NCBI GenBank assembly: GCA_943704425.1
Contig: CALSCP010000524.1
Coordinates: 20,562-84,561 of the forward strand
Length of the DNA stretch: 64,000 bases
Direction: 5' to 3'
DNA from: Ministeria vibrans ATCC 50519
Taxonomy: Eukaryota > Protista > Filasterea
Shown: positions 24,801 to 39,603 of the stretch, in pieces
Layout of the letters: each line of letters starts with the position of its first letter
How positions within the stretch are numbered: position 1 is the first letter of the stretch
Notes under the pieces: model-generated
Seen by the model: the letters and a program-made list of their open reading frames with translations, nothing else
Told to the model about the DNA's origin: nothing
The model's database searches: none
Translations under genes and position numbers: made by a program

Positions 24801-26199
24801 CGCCGCCGCAGAGAAGGCCCGTCTGGAGCGGGAACATGAAGAAGCTGTGTGGACGGAAAGCTATGCGTGCCTCGCCGACTTTGAGCGCTTCTTTGGTCAT
24901 CCCAATGTGCCCATCGAATGGCCCATGCTTGGCCGCTGGGTTGCCAAGCAGCGCCACGACTACCGCACTTTGGTGCTTCCTCGCGAACGAACAGACGTAT
25001 CATAACTTAATATTATTCACACATTGCAAAAAATGCGCTTTCTGATAAAATTCCTTTTTGTAGGCCCTGAATCGCATTGGATTCCAATGGACTATTCCCA
25101 AACCGATCGACGACGATTTTGAATCAATCAAAGTACGCACATAACTTGCAGGAGCGACAAACAAGCAAGCAAGACTCACACAATTATCAAAACGAATATA
25201 GTTGGAGGTGGGCGAAGGACGGGCTGAGGGCACAGACGCAGAGCACAGACACACGCTGCACATGCTGCTGTGGCAGTGGGGCACCCTTGCCTCTCTCACC
25301 GCTCCTCAGTCCGACACTTTGACTCATTCCCTTCGGCTTCAGAGTGTTATTGAGCGACTCAGACTTAGTCCCGTCTGCCAGAGTGCTTTTGACTCGCTCA
25401 GTGCGATTGCCACGCAGAGTATCAATAGTGCGCGCTTTCAAGAGTCATTTGAGCACAGACGCAATTTGGATTCCCACTCACTCACAACCAGACTCAAAGT
25501 TAGCACACACACCACACCACAAAGACAAACCACACCACAAAGACACACACACACACACACACAACACCACAAAGACACACATGCACACACACACAACACA
25601 CCACAAAGACGCACACACGCACACAGATGCACACACACACATGCACACACACACATGCACACACACACACATCACATTACAAAGACATATACGCATGCGC
25701 ACACACACACTTACACAACACAGCGAACAAACAGATGAAACTAACAATGTGTGCATGTGTGTAGGAGCGCATTGACAAGGGAGAGACACTGGAAGCCATT
25801 GAGAGGGACTCTGACCAGACGTTATTTGTGTGGCTCACAATTGTCCGACGAAACAACTCACTCGGGCTCTTGAGCGACTCTCTTGTACCACACTTGAAAG
25901 AAAGACGAAGAAACAAAAAGAAAAACAAACAACTCATTTTTTTGTTTTCTTTGTTTTAGCGTCAGAAACTGGGAGAGCTCGGAGTTCAATTTGAAGAGAC
26001 AAAGGAATCAAAGGAGGAAGACCCTACGGCACTGGAGGAGTACTCTATCAATTTGCACTCGGTACGGGCACGCACACACTACTACAGATCGATAGCACAC
26101 GACACACATGCCTTTACACACGATTCCCTTTTACTTCAGTTTTGGATGGGTGCTGTGACGGACGAGCGACTGCACGAACTGAGTTTGGAAATGCAATGA
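21868..26199 (+). CDS. Multi-copy helicase-associated (HA) domain protein with no helicase domain; exon 1 is 21868-~24996, then ~5 short exons
   Basis: About 7-9 HA repeats, e.g. WEDQFAALISFRDKYGHTRVP..LGRWVARQR..RLAALQSINFEW and WTESYACLADFERFFGHPNVP..LGRWVAKQR..|ALNRIGFQW, with A/T/S-rich linkers. Confidence 0.85.
25503..25720. repeat. Imperfect (CA)n-rich intronic repeat
   Basis: Direct sequence. Confidence 0.85.
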
Positions 26200-26226
26200 A
26201 CAGTTAGTGTGTTTTTATATAATGTC

Positions 26227-27255
26227 TCAATTATCATCATGTACAATCTCGAGGATCTCTCGCTTGACACCCGAGTGGGTCTGCCACACACTGGCAATGC
26301 GGAGGGGCGTCAGAGCGCGCACCCGCTGCTCAAACAGGCGGGTGCCGCCTCCGAGTCCAAAGTAGTGAGTTTTGGCTGCAACCAGAGCGCGTCCTGTCGC
26401 GGGCTGCAGCATTGCCTCGGTGAGACGTGCCAGAGTTGCGTGGTGTGCAGTCGAGTAGATGGTCTCCGACATGAGAATGTAGTCAAAGGGCCCTCCTCCT
26501 TGCAACAGCGTCTCCTACACTCTCACACACACACAGAGACACATACAATTGCCGTTGAGCTCCATTGAGTGGTCATGATTGCGTTGTACTTTTAACGTGG
26601 ACCAGTCACCAGCGACGAATCGGTGTGCTGAAGGATCGACATTGTTCGCACGACAGTTGGGGACTGTGACGGAGCGTAATACTTCAACATTGAAGTCCTG
26701 GAACGTCACCAGAGCGCCCTGTTGCGCCATGTACACACCAGGAAGACCCGCACCACAGCCCAGCTCGAGAACTCGTTTGCCTGGTCGAATACAGCGGATG
26801 AGAGCAAAAAAGAGAGAGAGGAAAAAAAGTCGTACCGTCATAATCTGACAGCTTTGTGGCAATGTACTCGACAAGATCAAAAGTACACTCCCATACCTTG
26901 AGACCACCTTCATACACCCCAGGCACAACATCCGACTCGATCCCAAGCGACTCGTCCATCTCTACAAGCGCCTGTGGCGACGGATTGCACTTGACCAGCG
27001 TCACTGCAAGTGAACAGAGAAGGCCTCTTGTTCAGACGAGCACGACACGAGTCTCCCACCCTCCCACGTACCATGATCCAACTCAATGGTAGTGGTATCA
27101 TCTTCGCCGGCATCAACACTGGACGGGTCAACAACAACGGGCTCCTTTGGTGGCGTGAGGTCGTCATGAGCGTCCGTCGCCGACGAATCATTCTCAACGG
27201 CACCCACCGCCGCCTGATCACCGCCTTCATCGATCTGAAAGTCAAACTTGAACAT
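26227..27255 (-). CDS. METTL18: Histidine protein methyltransferase (Hpm1/METTL18)
   Basis: MFKFDF, SDVVPGVYEGGLKVWECTFDL, GKRVLELGCGAGLPG, FQDFN, FDYILMSETIYS, AAKTHYFGLGGG. Confidence 0.93.
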
Positions 27256-27401
27256 TTCAGGCGGGAGGGGTTTGTTGGTAGGAGAGTTTGAAAGAAGATT
27301 GATGAATTTATCAGATGAAATAAATAATTAATAATGTCAAAATAGCATTTACTGACAGTCTCAAGACACGAAAAAATCGACACAACCCCTCTTCAATACA
27401 T

Positions 27402-28134
27402 TTACATTCCTTTAGTAAGCTTCATCCTGACATTGTTCGCCTTGATTCGCATCTTGCGCTCGGCGCGCATCTTCTGACGGCCCATTGGAAGCTCCTCAAA
27501 GGGTGGCTTGGGGTCGGTGAGCGACCACAGCCACTCGGGGTATTCTTCGTCCGGTCGTGTCATCACATCGCTCGTCTGCTCCGCCAGTGTCGTAATGTTA
27601 CGCACCGGTCGAGGGACGTGGTCACCACTCTCCAAAATGGGTGAGACCCACGCTGCAAGAGTGGACACACTCAATCAGACGATTCCTTTCATTCACTCCC
27701 GTACCCAACACACACACACACACATATATATACAATATATATATACACCCCTCCACAACCACACATACACACATACCCCTCCACAGTCACAGTCACACAC
27801 GCAGACACACAGACATACACTATTCTTCACTCTCTCATTCCACTAAAACAGAACCAATAGTACACCTCAAAAATTAATCCACACATACGCACACACATAC
27901 ACACATACACACAGCCACGGCCCACGTGCACTCGCGTACACCCACACGCACACAGACAGCGAGACAGACAGGCAGACAGTCACACATCCTCACTGTACCT
28001 TTCTTCTCCTCCTCCGCTCCCTCACTGCCCGCAGCGGCCGGCTTTGCCGCTGCCTTTGCAGCAAAACCCTGCCATCTTGCCATCACAGGGTGCTGCGCCA
28101 GCACCGCTAACCTCCTTGTCACCATCGACGACAT
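27402..28134 (-). CDS. MRPL54: Mitochondrial ribosomal protein mL54, 2 exons
   Basis: Mitochondrial presequence-like N-terminus; PDEEYPEWLWSL and RKMRIKANN. Confidence 0.85.
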
Positions 28135-28355
28135 CAGTTTTTTTTTTCGCCACTCCAAAAGGAAAAATTCGTCAAATCAAGCCAGTAGTGCTCGCTCACA
28201 CCCAAACGGATCAATCAAGCGCAGCTCAAAAGTCAAATGGGGTAAGTAGCGGAAAACAAAAGAAAGAATAATGAATAAAAAAGTTTGATCTTTTTCTTCA
28301 ATGATCAATCACATTCATTCATTGTTCTCCCTCCCCGATCTCTCTCCTCCGATTG

Positions 28356-31300
28356 ATGAATTGGGTCAAGTCGCTTGTGAAGCAAGCGCGAGGCGAGGAG
28401 GGAAACGATGAGCGATCTGACGACACCAAAAATATTCCCACGCCAAATGTCGCACCAGTCGACAGCCTCAACCCATTTGTCGCCCCACCAGGCTCCGGCC
28501 AGCAGCAGCCGGCCCAAGCGTCCCAGGGCGCGTCCGAGTCGGCCGCTATCCAGCGCATGAGCGACGCGCGAGCCATTCTTCAACTCAAAACAACCGCCGC
28601 CGAGCTCCCGCACCTGTCGGACAGTGACCGCGCGCGCAGACTCGCCACCATTGCGCCCATGTTTGCGCGTGTCTTTGCCACCACCCCTGTCAACATTGTA
28701 GGCCCAGTCGGTTTCCTTTAGACTCCTCTCACAATTTTTTTTTTCTTCGTCTCTTTCGCTTCCATTGCAGGTCGAATCAAAGTTTGGTGACACGCGTACG
28801 CTCGCCTACTACATTGCAAGAAGGCTCGGTGCCGAAGTGACGCGTCGGGCCAAGAACCAGTCGCGTGCAGACGCCGCCAGGGCCATCTTGATGTTTCTGG
28901 CTCAGGACACTTTTGGTCATAACCTCGTCGCTTGTCTGAGCATCCTGTGTCCTGCTGGCCAGGCCGCAAGTAGCTCCACCCTCGAGGTATGTGTTTTCTC
29001 AAGCTACCCTCTTCATCTTCTTATCGCTATTCTGTTGTTGTTATTGTTTTGTTGTTGCTCCTCTTTTTGACTGCGTCCACAGGCCATTGCTCAGGCCTCC
29101 TTGCCCTCCACTCTCGTCAAGACTCTCTACCTCTTTGTCGACTTGCCTTCCTCCAGCGAACTTGAGCCACTTGTCGCGAGCGTGGGCAACTCACTGCGCA
29201 TCATTGCCCTACACCTGTGCGATACGTCCGCGACCGTCACCGACCTTGTCAAGACCGACACGCTCTGGCGTCTCTTCTGGACACTCGGACTCGCCTGTCC
29301 CGCGCACAACCACATCTGGCTTATAATCACACGCGACACAATGGTTGCACTCGGTCGCAGCGGCACCGCCAGTGCCATGCTCGTGCGCTACATCCACGAG
29401 AAGTCTGTTCCTCCCGCCGGCACCCGTGGCTGCATTCCTTCGTGCATTCGGGCCATTCGCAAATTGCACAAATCCGACTCACAAGGCGCCGCTCAGACAT
29501 TTGCTTCGCTTGCTACATTTGTCGCCGAAAGTAGTCGCCAAAGTGACATTCTCTTGCACGACTTTGAACACGAAGGGGGCTACACCCTTCTGACCGAGCT
29601 TATCGTGGAGTTTGGTGCCGAGCACACTCCCACCGCAACGCCCGTGCTCATTGACCTGCTCCGCGCGGTGGCATGCATGAGTTTGCGTGGTCCTCGTCCC
29701 ATTGTGCCCACTCTCGATGGCATCAACCTCGAGTTTCAATCGCGTGGCTTTGGTGTCCCTCTGCCCGCGCGCGACGCTGAGTCCTTGCGCAACACCACCG
29801 CGTTCAATTGCCTTCACACAGCCATTCTCAGCGGCTCCCTCTCCCCCACCGCCTGCAACGTTGCCCTTGACACCATGTTTCAAACTTACACCGCAGACGC
29901 TTCAAACTACTTTGTCCTCGAGCGCTCGCACACCCTCGCCATTCTCCTGCAGCGCCTCGACTCGCTCGCGGTCGAGGCACGCCGGCGTGTCTGCAAAATG
30001 CTCGAGTACGTCGTCTGCTCACTCGACTTTGTACCCTTCCCCGAGTTCATGACCCTTTCGAGCATGCTCTCCAGCCAAGACACCAGCCTTGCCACGCGCT
30101 CCCTCGCCCTCCACACCATGGGCAAGTTTGTCAACTTTGACTCAAAGTTTAAAAATGTCTGTCGCGAAGTGGGTCTTCTCGACGTACTCAGCAACGGCAT
30201 TCAGACGTATGCCACGTCGTCTCAGTGCAGCGCACCCGATTTAGCTTCCTTGCATCAGCGACAGTTGCAACTACAGCAGCAGCTGTCTCGCGACATTGAT
30301 GAGTGTGAAAGCGACGAGCACGGCACTGTGTCCGCACGCGACTATTTTGAACAGCAGGTCGACTGTCTGGCCATGTTGCTCCGTGGCAATCTCGCCAATG
30401 TCGAGGTGTTTCTCAAGAGCGGTGGTGCGCTGGCCGTCTATAACATGCTGCCCATCGACGCCGCACGTCCCGCTGTCTTGCGCATTGTACGTCGTCTCGT
30501 CGCCGAAGACTCCACCATGAGTCGCGGCGACATGGGCCGTCTGCTCGAAGTAATGCAGTCGGCGCCCCAAGACAAGGTTGCAATGCGCCAGGATATTCTT
30601 CAGTGTCTCTGTGGCATGCTCAAGGACAACGTGCATGCCGCCGACGCTTTTCGCGACGCCGGTGGCTTCGTCTACGTCGTCAGCATCCTGGTGGCCATGG
30701 AGAATGCTGTGGCGCCCCCCACCACCGACGAAACTCAGACGAGCACAACACCAACAGCACCCACTCCCACCGCTACTGACTCTCTCGTGTCCATCATTGA
30801 CGATGGTCTTCATCTTGCCCAAATCCGCGACGCAAAAATGGATCTGGTGTGCACGGCACTCAAGACAGTGACGCTTGCTATGCGCGGCAACCTTGCTAAC
30901 CAAATTTACTTTCGCGAAGTCATTGGCTACAGTTCGTTGCAGGACGCTCTCAGACTCTTGGGAGCACTTCGTGAGGACTCCAAGGCGATCCTCTTGCTTG
31001 AGGCGCTCTTGGACTTCGCATCGGACACCATCACACCCTTTGATCGAGGCACCACCACACTACCCTGGGCCACCAACGCACCCAACACCGCCACAACCAC
31101 ACCCACCAAGGAGCAGACCCATTCACCCGTCTCCCCAACCGCACCTTCCATCCCCCCTCCTCCTTCATCGTCCAGTGACGACACCCCCTTCGATGCGTCT
31201 CTAGAATCCGATCGAAGTCCCGATACCACCGCCACAGCAACTTCGGCAGCAGTACCTTCACCGTTGCCTTCCGGTCGACGTGCTTCCAATGCGCATGGGT

Positions 31301-34300
31301 CATCGTCGCTTTCCCTAACCATTTTTGAGACACCTAATATGCTTCCCGTGCCCGCGCGTCTTGCCGGATCCTCCTCTACACGCACTCCAATTTCGCCACT
31401 CACTGCCGCCTCTAGTCTCACCGACAAGAATCCCTTTGTCATCGTCGACAGTCCCAGCACCAATGCTGCCAAGGTACCAACCTACCTGTCGTCGTCACCA
31501 GCCGTGGCGTCAGCCCCAGTGACAACTGCGTCTACCGCCACTACCACCTCCGAGACTGCCAATCCCTTTTTGCTTGCCACACCTACTGCCAAGACTCCGC
31601 TTGTGTTTGCCTCAGGAAAGTCAACGACTACCATCACTCCCACTGGCACTTCCACTCCTGCTAAAACATTGGCCACGCGTTCCTCCTCCTCCTTGTCGGT
31701 CGTGTCTGCGTCCAATAAGAAGATCTCACCCATTGTCAACAGCGATCCCTTTTGCGTCCTCATTCGCCTTCTGAGTGAGTCGAGCGTCGCCGTTCAGAGC
31801 ACCCTTCTCGACAACATACTGGCGTATCTGGAGAACCGCGTGTCGCAAGAGGTTCTTGCCGGCTCACCCCTGTGTCAGCTCATCACGAGCATTTTTGGTC
31901 AGGTGCTGCTGGACAGTGCGGACCCTCGAAGTGCCAAACTTATGGCGATCATTGAACGCGTTGCGTCGCTACATTTCTCGCCGGGTTGCTCACGTAGTCT
32001 CTTTCGTCTGCACCTCGGCGATACGCTCGTCGACTGTGATGTTGTGCCCAGTCGCACGGCGGCTCTACAGTTGCGCACCATCGAAGCCATGGAGCGCATG
32101 GCGCTCTCACAGGAACACGTCGCCTCGGTGACCTTTGACATGTCGGGCGATGGCTACGCGTGTGTGCAGGTACCGTCGCTTGGCGATCGTTCGTGGCCTC
32201 CGAGCAGCGGCCTTACCTTTGTGGCGCATGTGCGCATCATCAAAGCGTCCGCTGAAGACCATCCCATTCGTCTGCTCACCTTCATCGAAGACAGCAAGGT
32301 GGGCGCCAGTGTTTTCATTCACAACCGCGATCGTCATTTGCATGTGCGCACCGATCCGAGTCAGGCTGCTGTCGTCTTTTCAGGCTGCACCTTTGACACG
32401 GACCGCTGGTACCACATTGGCGTGGTTCTATCGCGACACCGACTCAAAGGCAGCACTGCAACACTCTATGTGGACGGCTACTCTGTCGAGATGCACAAGG
32501 TTCCCTATCTGAGCAGCTCGAGCGCCGACACGGTGGGCGTTGTCATTGGCACGAATCAGCGTGATCGACGGGTCTCGTCGCTTTGTTGGCAAATGGGCGC
32601 CGCTTACATTCTCGACGAGTCCCTGCCGCCTGCTTCCATTGCGGTCATGAATCACGTTGGTCATGGTTACGCCGCCAATTTTCAGTCGTCCCTTCGGGGC
32701 TTCCAAACCAACGAACTCTACTGCGCTACCAATCTCACTAGTGCTCTCAAGGCAGTTGCCACAGGCGATGTCGTTGCCGTTGCCACACACACGCGTAGCG
32801 GTAGTGGCGGCGGTGGTGCGGCCGCCGGCGGCAGTCGCAGCGGGGCTGGCGGTGGGGCTCGTGGCCCTGGTGGCAGTGGTGCAGGTGGCAACACGGGCTC
32901 GAGCGGCGCACACACTCCCGTGCTTTTTGGTGTTGAAGCATCCGATGTGGTTGCTGCGAGCACCACACTCTCGCTGGCGCATTATTCGGCGCCACTCCTT
33001 TCCGAAGACCACATTGTGTTTGCGTTTGCGCCACACAACGTGCGCCACCTGACCGTTTCGAAACTGTTGCAGCAGTACGGCACGTCGCTGAACAAGGCGA
33101 CCGTCGACTACCTGACCTTCCTCGACATGGGGCATGTGGGCTCCGAGCCTGCAGTGCCCCTGATGCTCAACTCATCGTCTCTTGCATCCACCACCACGGC
33201 CTCACATTCACTAGTGGCCCTTGTCCATGGCGCTGCTCGCCCTTTTCTCCCATGCAGCATTGCCGACAGTATCGCCAGCATTGGTGGTGTCAGCGTTCTC
33301 TTGGCCCTCGTGCGCGATGCCGAGACGGCTTCCGCGCTGCGTGCCAGCATGGGCATTCTGGTCCACTGTCTGCGGCACCACCCACGTAACACCGTTGACA
33401 TGGAGCGCACAAATGGGTTCATCACCCTCGCGTCGATGTTGCGCGAGAAACGCAAGCTCCTCACGCTCGACGTGCTTCAGCTCATTATGTTGCTCGTGGG
33501 CCACGTGCCCGGCGACCGCTCAGCCTCGGTCATTGCCAATCCCATTGCCTTTTACCACCTGCTGCTCGATTACGACGTGTGGCGCGGCACCGACGTTGCC
33601 ATGCAGCGTCATCTTTTTCATTTTGTGTACGATCTTGTGCGCCACTCGCGCCACGCCGTCTTCAACGTGGCCAAAATGGTCCGCATGCGCATCATCCAGC
33701 GTCTGTTGTTCATGCTACGCGATGAGAGCATGCCCGACAAGGTCACCCAGTCGCTTGTGTCCGTCATTGAGATGCTCCTTGAAATCGACTTGCGTCCCGA
33801 GTGGCTGCGCGCCGTCGGCAACTTTTTGCTTACCACACTCAATCCAGACGTGGGCAGTGGTGACAGCATGCTTGCGGCTGCTCCCGTTGCTTGGGGTTCG
33901 CGTGCCACCACCGCTGTGTTCATTCCGGCGCTCACAGCACGCAAGATTGCCATTCGCGAACTCATGTTGGGCTCGCTCTTCAATCTGGTACAGCTGGCGC
34001 CGCCCGAGGCCAACGCTGCGGAGCGCATGTGTGCATCTCTCAGCCTTGACTGGGTACTTATGTTTGTCAACCAGTGTGTGTGCACCACGACTGTTGTCTT
34101 TGCAATGCGACTGTTGGCCGTTCTTCTGCCGCACGCCTCAAAGCAGATGCTCACCAAGTTTAATCGTGGCGCCTACACGCTGCTGGCGCACTCTCTTGTT
34201 GCCCATGCCGGCTGTCATCAACTGTATTACACTCTACTGGCCATGCTCTTTGGCGTACCCATTGCGGACGTGCCCTACGGTGCCTCCTTTGAGTACAACA

Positions 34301-37300
34301 CGCTTACGGCCATCTTTGAAGGATCACCGCTGGCGTCGCCGGCCGCGCACGCCATTCACGTGGCCGCAAAGCGTGGCGAAGTATCCGATGCGCTCTCTAG
34401 CAAAGTGTATGCCCAGCCCACGGGTGGCATGAATGTCTCTCATCCCGAATTCCTCAGTGTTCTCATGGCCATGTCGGCGGCCGTGGTGCAAGCGAATGCA
34501 GACGCAAGCGACACGCGCCTTATTGTCGAAGCGGGTGTTCCTCTCATTGTCGAGACCACGGCCTCCACGACTCGCTCCAGTCGTTCCAGTTCGTTCCTCA
34601 GTGCTTCCGGAGGAACGATCACGACCGTGGCGACAACCACGGGGGCCGCCGCGCGACCGCCACCCGCTTCGCCATTGGAGCAAAAGGGATATCACACACC
34701 TCCATCGACGCCGGATCGAAGCAGCATCAACAGCGCAGGCAGTGCGACCACGTTGTCATCGTTGCGTCCCGCCAGTGCCATCAGCGTGAGCGTCTCGAGC
34801 GACGACCGTGATCGCATGCCGGCCACGCTTGTGCGATTTCTTGCTTTTGTGCACGGTCGCTCTGCAGCCTGTGCCGAGCTTATGGGCCGCGTTGAGTCGG
34901 TGCAGACCATTGCCAGCGTGCTCTTCTCGCGCATTGGCACCGTCGCATCGGCGTCGTCCAATGCGACTGGGAGCGACGCGCACACCACCGAAGCTGCCGT
35001 CGAGCTGTGCTTTCACGGCGGCCATGTTGCCGCGGAGGCTGTCATTGCGTTCCTTGTGCAGATCGTCCTCGACAATTTCCGTCTGCCCGCCCCCAAGTTT
35101 GTCCTGCTACTCGAGGCGGTGCTTGAGTCGGGACCTGGCTGTCGCGGCACCGATCTTGCTGCGTACCAGACGGCCGTGTTGCGTGCACTTCTTGATGTGG
35201 TGTGTCATCGTCAGGCGCTGTGGATTATACTCCGAAGCAACACGAAGGCAGTTGCGTCGGTGCCGCTATGCCTTCAGGCCATGGTCGAGGCGGCCGTGTT
35301 GGGCACCTTTTTGGAGGGTTCCATTGGCGCCATTGGCTATGCATCGCGTCTTGTCGACCGTGCACTCAGCGAGCGCGAGTTTGTCAAGCCTCTTGGGTCG
35401 ATTTTTGATGCGCTCTGTCGCCAACTCAACCACTGTGCGTTGCTCGTGTGCGGCGACTCGGGCCCGGCGATTCGCGATGACGCACTCTCGACGCTGTTGG
35501 TGCACTCGCGTACACTCTTTAGCAAGGACAACGTCGTTGATGGCAGTGATTTGTTGTCGTTTCTCTGCGTGCGTCTCAAAGAGGCACTCTGGTCCTTTTC
35601 CGTCGACGACATTGGCAAGGAGCGTGTTAAGCTCATTTGCAAAGTGTGGCAAGTGATGTTGCAGCGACAGGGACCGCGTGTGCGCGATTTGCTGCGCTAC
35701 CGTGCTCAGAAGCAGGCAAATCTTCTGGATGTGTACACGCGTGGCTACGATTTGCTGGTGAGCGGTGATCTGAAGGGGTTTTTTGCGTTCCAACGAGCGC
35801 GCCGTCAAGAGATTGCTGTTGTCTTTGACGCGTCGCTTGTGCCGCGTGTGTCGACACGCGCTCAGGCTGATGCGCGTGGTGTCGGGGAACTCTCGGCGGC
35901 GACTCAGGCGCGTCTTGTGAGTCGTGAACAGCGTCGGGTGCGACGCGCGTACGCCGAAGCGGAGCAGGTGCGAGGGCAAGAGCAGCGCCACATTAGCTAT
36001 TGCGTTGGCGTGGCACGCCAAGAGTATCTGTCGTACACACGCACGGGCAACAGCATTGCCGATGTACGTCAGTATGTGCGCGGGGTGTGGGGCAAGCTGC
36101 AGCGATCGCTCACGCGAGAGCGCGCCCTCTTTGGACCCGACCATGCTTCACCCATTGCCAAGTACGAACGTGACTCCACCGAAGGACCTAATCGTGTAAT
36201 GCTCAAGTTTATTGGCAACGAACGCTTCTACGACGACTACCCCGATTTTAATCTGGGCGACTTGGGACTCGACGCGCCCTCCATCTCTGTGGATATCTCC
36301 GTCGACACCATTGACATTCAAGATGCGCAACGGCAGCAGCTAGAGCAGGAGCAGGAGCAGCAGCAGCAGCAACAACAACAACAGCAACAGCAGCAGTTGG
36401 GTTTAAGTGCGGCGGAGATTGAACATCGACGATCGCGTCCTCGCTCGCGACACTCTCAGGCATTTCGCCGTCGCTCCTCCATGTTGGAGCAGATGCGTGT
36501 CTCGCAAGAAGAGTCATTGACAGATGCGCAGACGACAGGAGCAACATCGACATCGAATAGTGCAACGACGGGTACTGCGGCGACAGCGACAGCGGCTGCT
36601 GCTGCTGCAGTGCCTGGCGTGGCGACGCTCACTTCTCTCGACGAACTCGAAGAACTCATCGGTCAGGAGGGTGCGGAGGAAGATGCACATGAAGAAGGGG
36701 GTGACGGAGAAGAGGCGGACGAAGGGAAAGCCGATGATGGCAAAGTGGGTGACGAAGATGAAGAGGACGACGACGAAGAGGCGGAGTATGTGAATGCCGA
36801 TTTGGCCGATGGAGGTGGGTTTGATGGACTTGCGAGCAACGACGATTCGGAGTCCAAGGTGAGTCGATTGCTCGAGCCAGGGGATCGTATTAAGCGCAGC
36901 TACAACAGTGCACGTGTGGCCGGCCTGGACGTGTTCAATGCGCTTTTGCTGTTCTGCACGCACGCCGTGTACCTCATTGACGACTACTGTGTGGCGCCCA
37001 ATGGGGACATTGTCGAGGTGTCTACCCTGGGCGACTCGTTTGTGCCGGTGGTGCCGCCACAGGACGACCAGACGTCGCTGCCGTCGTCGTCGTTATCGTC
37101 GTCGTCGGCGGCGACCGCGAAGAAGCGTGGTGCGGGTGCGACGCCCCGTGTGATACGATGGCAACATGAGGACATTTGCGAGGTGCACAAGCGACGCTAT
37201 CTGTTGCAGAAGCGCGCACTTGAGGTGTTCTCGGCGGACGGACGCAACACACTGCTGTCGCTGCGCTACGAGGACTACAACGAGTGTCTTCAGCGCTTCG

Positions 37301-39603
37301 TACAGGTGATTGCGCTGCATCCGCACTTGGACAGTTCCCTTGTGAGTGGCATGCGTGCTGACGTGGACGTCGAGAGTGGCGGTGGTTTGTTGGGTCTGCA
37401 GTCGTTGATTACGGGCGAACGGTCGGTGACGCAACGCTGGCTCAAGGGCGAGATTTCCAACTTCCAGTACCTCATGTGCCTCAACACGCTTGCCGGGCGC
37501 ACGTACAACGACCTGACACAGTACCCGGTCTTTCCGTGGATTCTACGCGACTATGAGAGCGACACGATTGACCTGGAGGACCCCAATGTGTATCGAGACC
37601 TGTCGCGGCCCATTGGCGCACAGACACCGGCGCGCGCTGCGGAGTTTGAGTCGCGCTACGAGAATTGGGAAGACCCGACGGGAGAGACGCCGGCGTTTCA
37701 CTACGGCACGCATTACAGCTCGGCGATGATTGTTGCCACGTATCTGATCCGCATGGAGCCGTTTACGCGGCACTTTTTGGTGCTGCAAGGAGGGCACTTT
37801 GACCATCCAGACCGGATGTTCCACTCGGTGTCGGAGGCGTGGCAGAGTGCGTCGGAGACGAACATGGCTGACGTGAAGGAGCTCGTGCCCGAGTTTTTTT
37901 ACCAGCCGCAGTTTTTGCGCAACGACAATCGGTTTGAGCTCGGCGTCAAGGCGAACGGCGAGCAACTGGACGATGTGCTGCTACCGCCATGGGCCAAGGG
38001 CAGCGCTGAGATGTTTATTCGCGTGCACCGTGCAGCGCTTGAGTCGGACTATGTGAGTGCGCATCTGCACGAGTGGATTGATCTCATCTTTGGGTTCAAG
38101 CAGAGCGGACCGGAGGCCGCCGAGGCACTCAACGTGTTTCATCATCTGAGCTATGAGGGATCCGTTGACATTGACACCATTGAGGATCCAGTGCAGCGTA
38201 AGGCGACCATTGGCATCATCAACAACTTTGGCCAGACGCCGCGCCAGCTGTTCCGGCGCCCCCATCCGCGACGCGACATGAAGAAGCGCGACGCGTCGAC
38301 CTTTGCCCTGTTTAATGTGCCCGAGGCGCTGTTGCAGAGCCCTTACCCGGTGAGGCAGCTGGCGGATCCCGTGGGCGACCTGGGCGTTGACGAGAGTGGG
38401 CGTCTGGTAGCGGTGGGGGCGCGTCGAGCGTTGCACCCGCCGCAAATGCAGCGGTGTGTGAGCTGGGGTCATTTGGACCGGTCATTGCGCATTACGGGGG
38501 TGGATGCGGAGCATCGCGTGCACAGTGTTCACGAAGGGCTGCATGGCGCGGCGGCCATTCGGGCGGTGGTCTTTCCCACCGCCTTCCTGATGGTGTCGGG
38601 TGGCGAGGACGCGACAGTTGCCGTCTGGCGCATTGGGCGGCACGGCAAAACCAAGCAGACGCAGTTCACGGCGGTGCAAACGCTGTACGGACACACAGGC
38701 GCAATTACATGCCTGGCGGCGTCGCGTCCCTTTTCGATTGTGGTGAGTGGCAGCGAGGACGGGACCTGCATTGTGTGGGACCTGAACCGCCTCGAGTTCT
38801 TCCGGCAGCTGGCGGGCCATGCGGGTGTCGTGTCGTGTGTGCACGTGAACCAGTCGACGGGTGACATTTTGACGAGTGCCGGTGCACAGATTCGCGTGTG
38901 GAGCATCAATGGGGATTTAGTGGTGCAACACGACGTGGGAATTCTTGGGGCGGCGGCGATTACATCACTGTGTGCGTCGGAGGGCAATGCGTGGGACGAA
39001 GAGAATGTGCTTGTGACGGGCCATCAGGATGGCGCTGTGAAGCTGTGGAACGTGTGTATTGACGCAGCGGACAAGGACAAGGAGAAGGAGAAGGAAAAGG
39101 GCGAGGAGGGTGAGGGGGCGCAGGGCAGTACGTCGCGGCAGTGGCGGTGGTCGTTGCGGCAGCGGTGCCAGTTAACGTTGCAGGCGCCACCAGACGACAT
39201 GACATGCACCAAGCCGGCAGCGGCGGCCGTGACAGCGCTGCTGATCACGCGCGACCAGAAGAAGCTTGTGCTGGGTGACCAGATGGGGCGTGTATGGACG
39301 TGGTCGCTGCCGGACACGTCAGGCAATGTTGCAGATCACTGGATGCGCGACGACATGGTCAGCAACTGCCAGAACTGCGTTGTGCGCTTCTCGTTTAGCG
39401 AGCGCCGTCACCACTGTCGCAAGTGCGGGCGCATTTTTTGCAGCAAGTGCAGTCGCTATGAGGTAACCATGATGTCGTGCGGGTGAGTGTCTTTTTGTGT
39501 GTGACTTATGTTTTTTTAGGCGACTCTTCCGAGTTTTGGGATTCACAAGGCCGTACGAATGTGTCAAAGTTGTTATGTGCAGCGGCTCTCTGAGACGACC
39601 TGA
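28356..39603 (+). CDS. WDFY3: ALFY/WDFY3: ARM, LamG, PH, BEACH, WD40, FYVE; 5 exons
   Basis: LPSTLVKTLYLFVDLP; HKRRYLLQ..ALEVFSADGRN; BEACH GEISNFQYLM.LNTLAGRTYNDLTQYPVFPWIL, HYGTHYSS, NNFGQTP; WD40s; FYVE DHWMRD..RRHHCRKCG. Confidence 0.95.
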
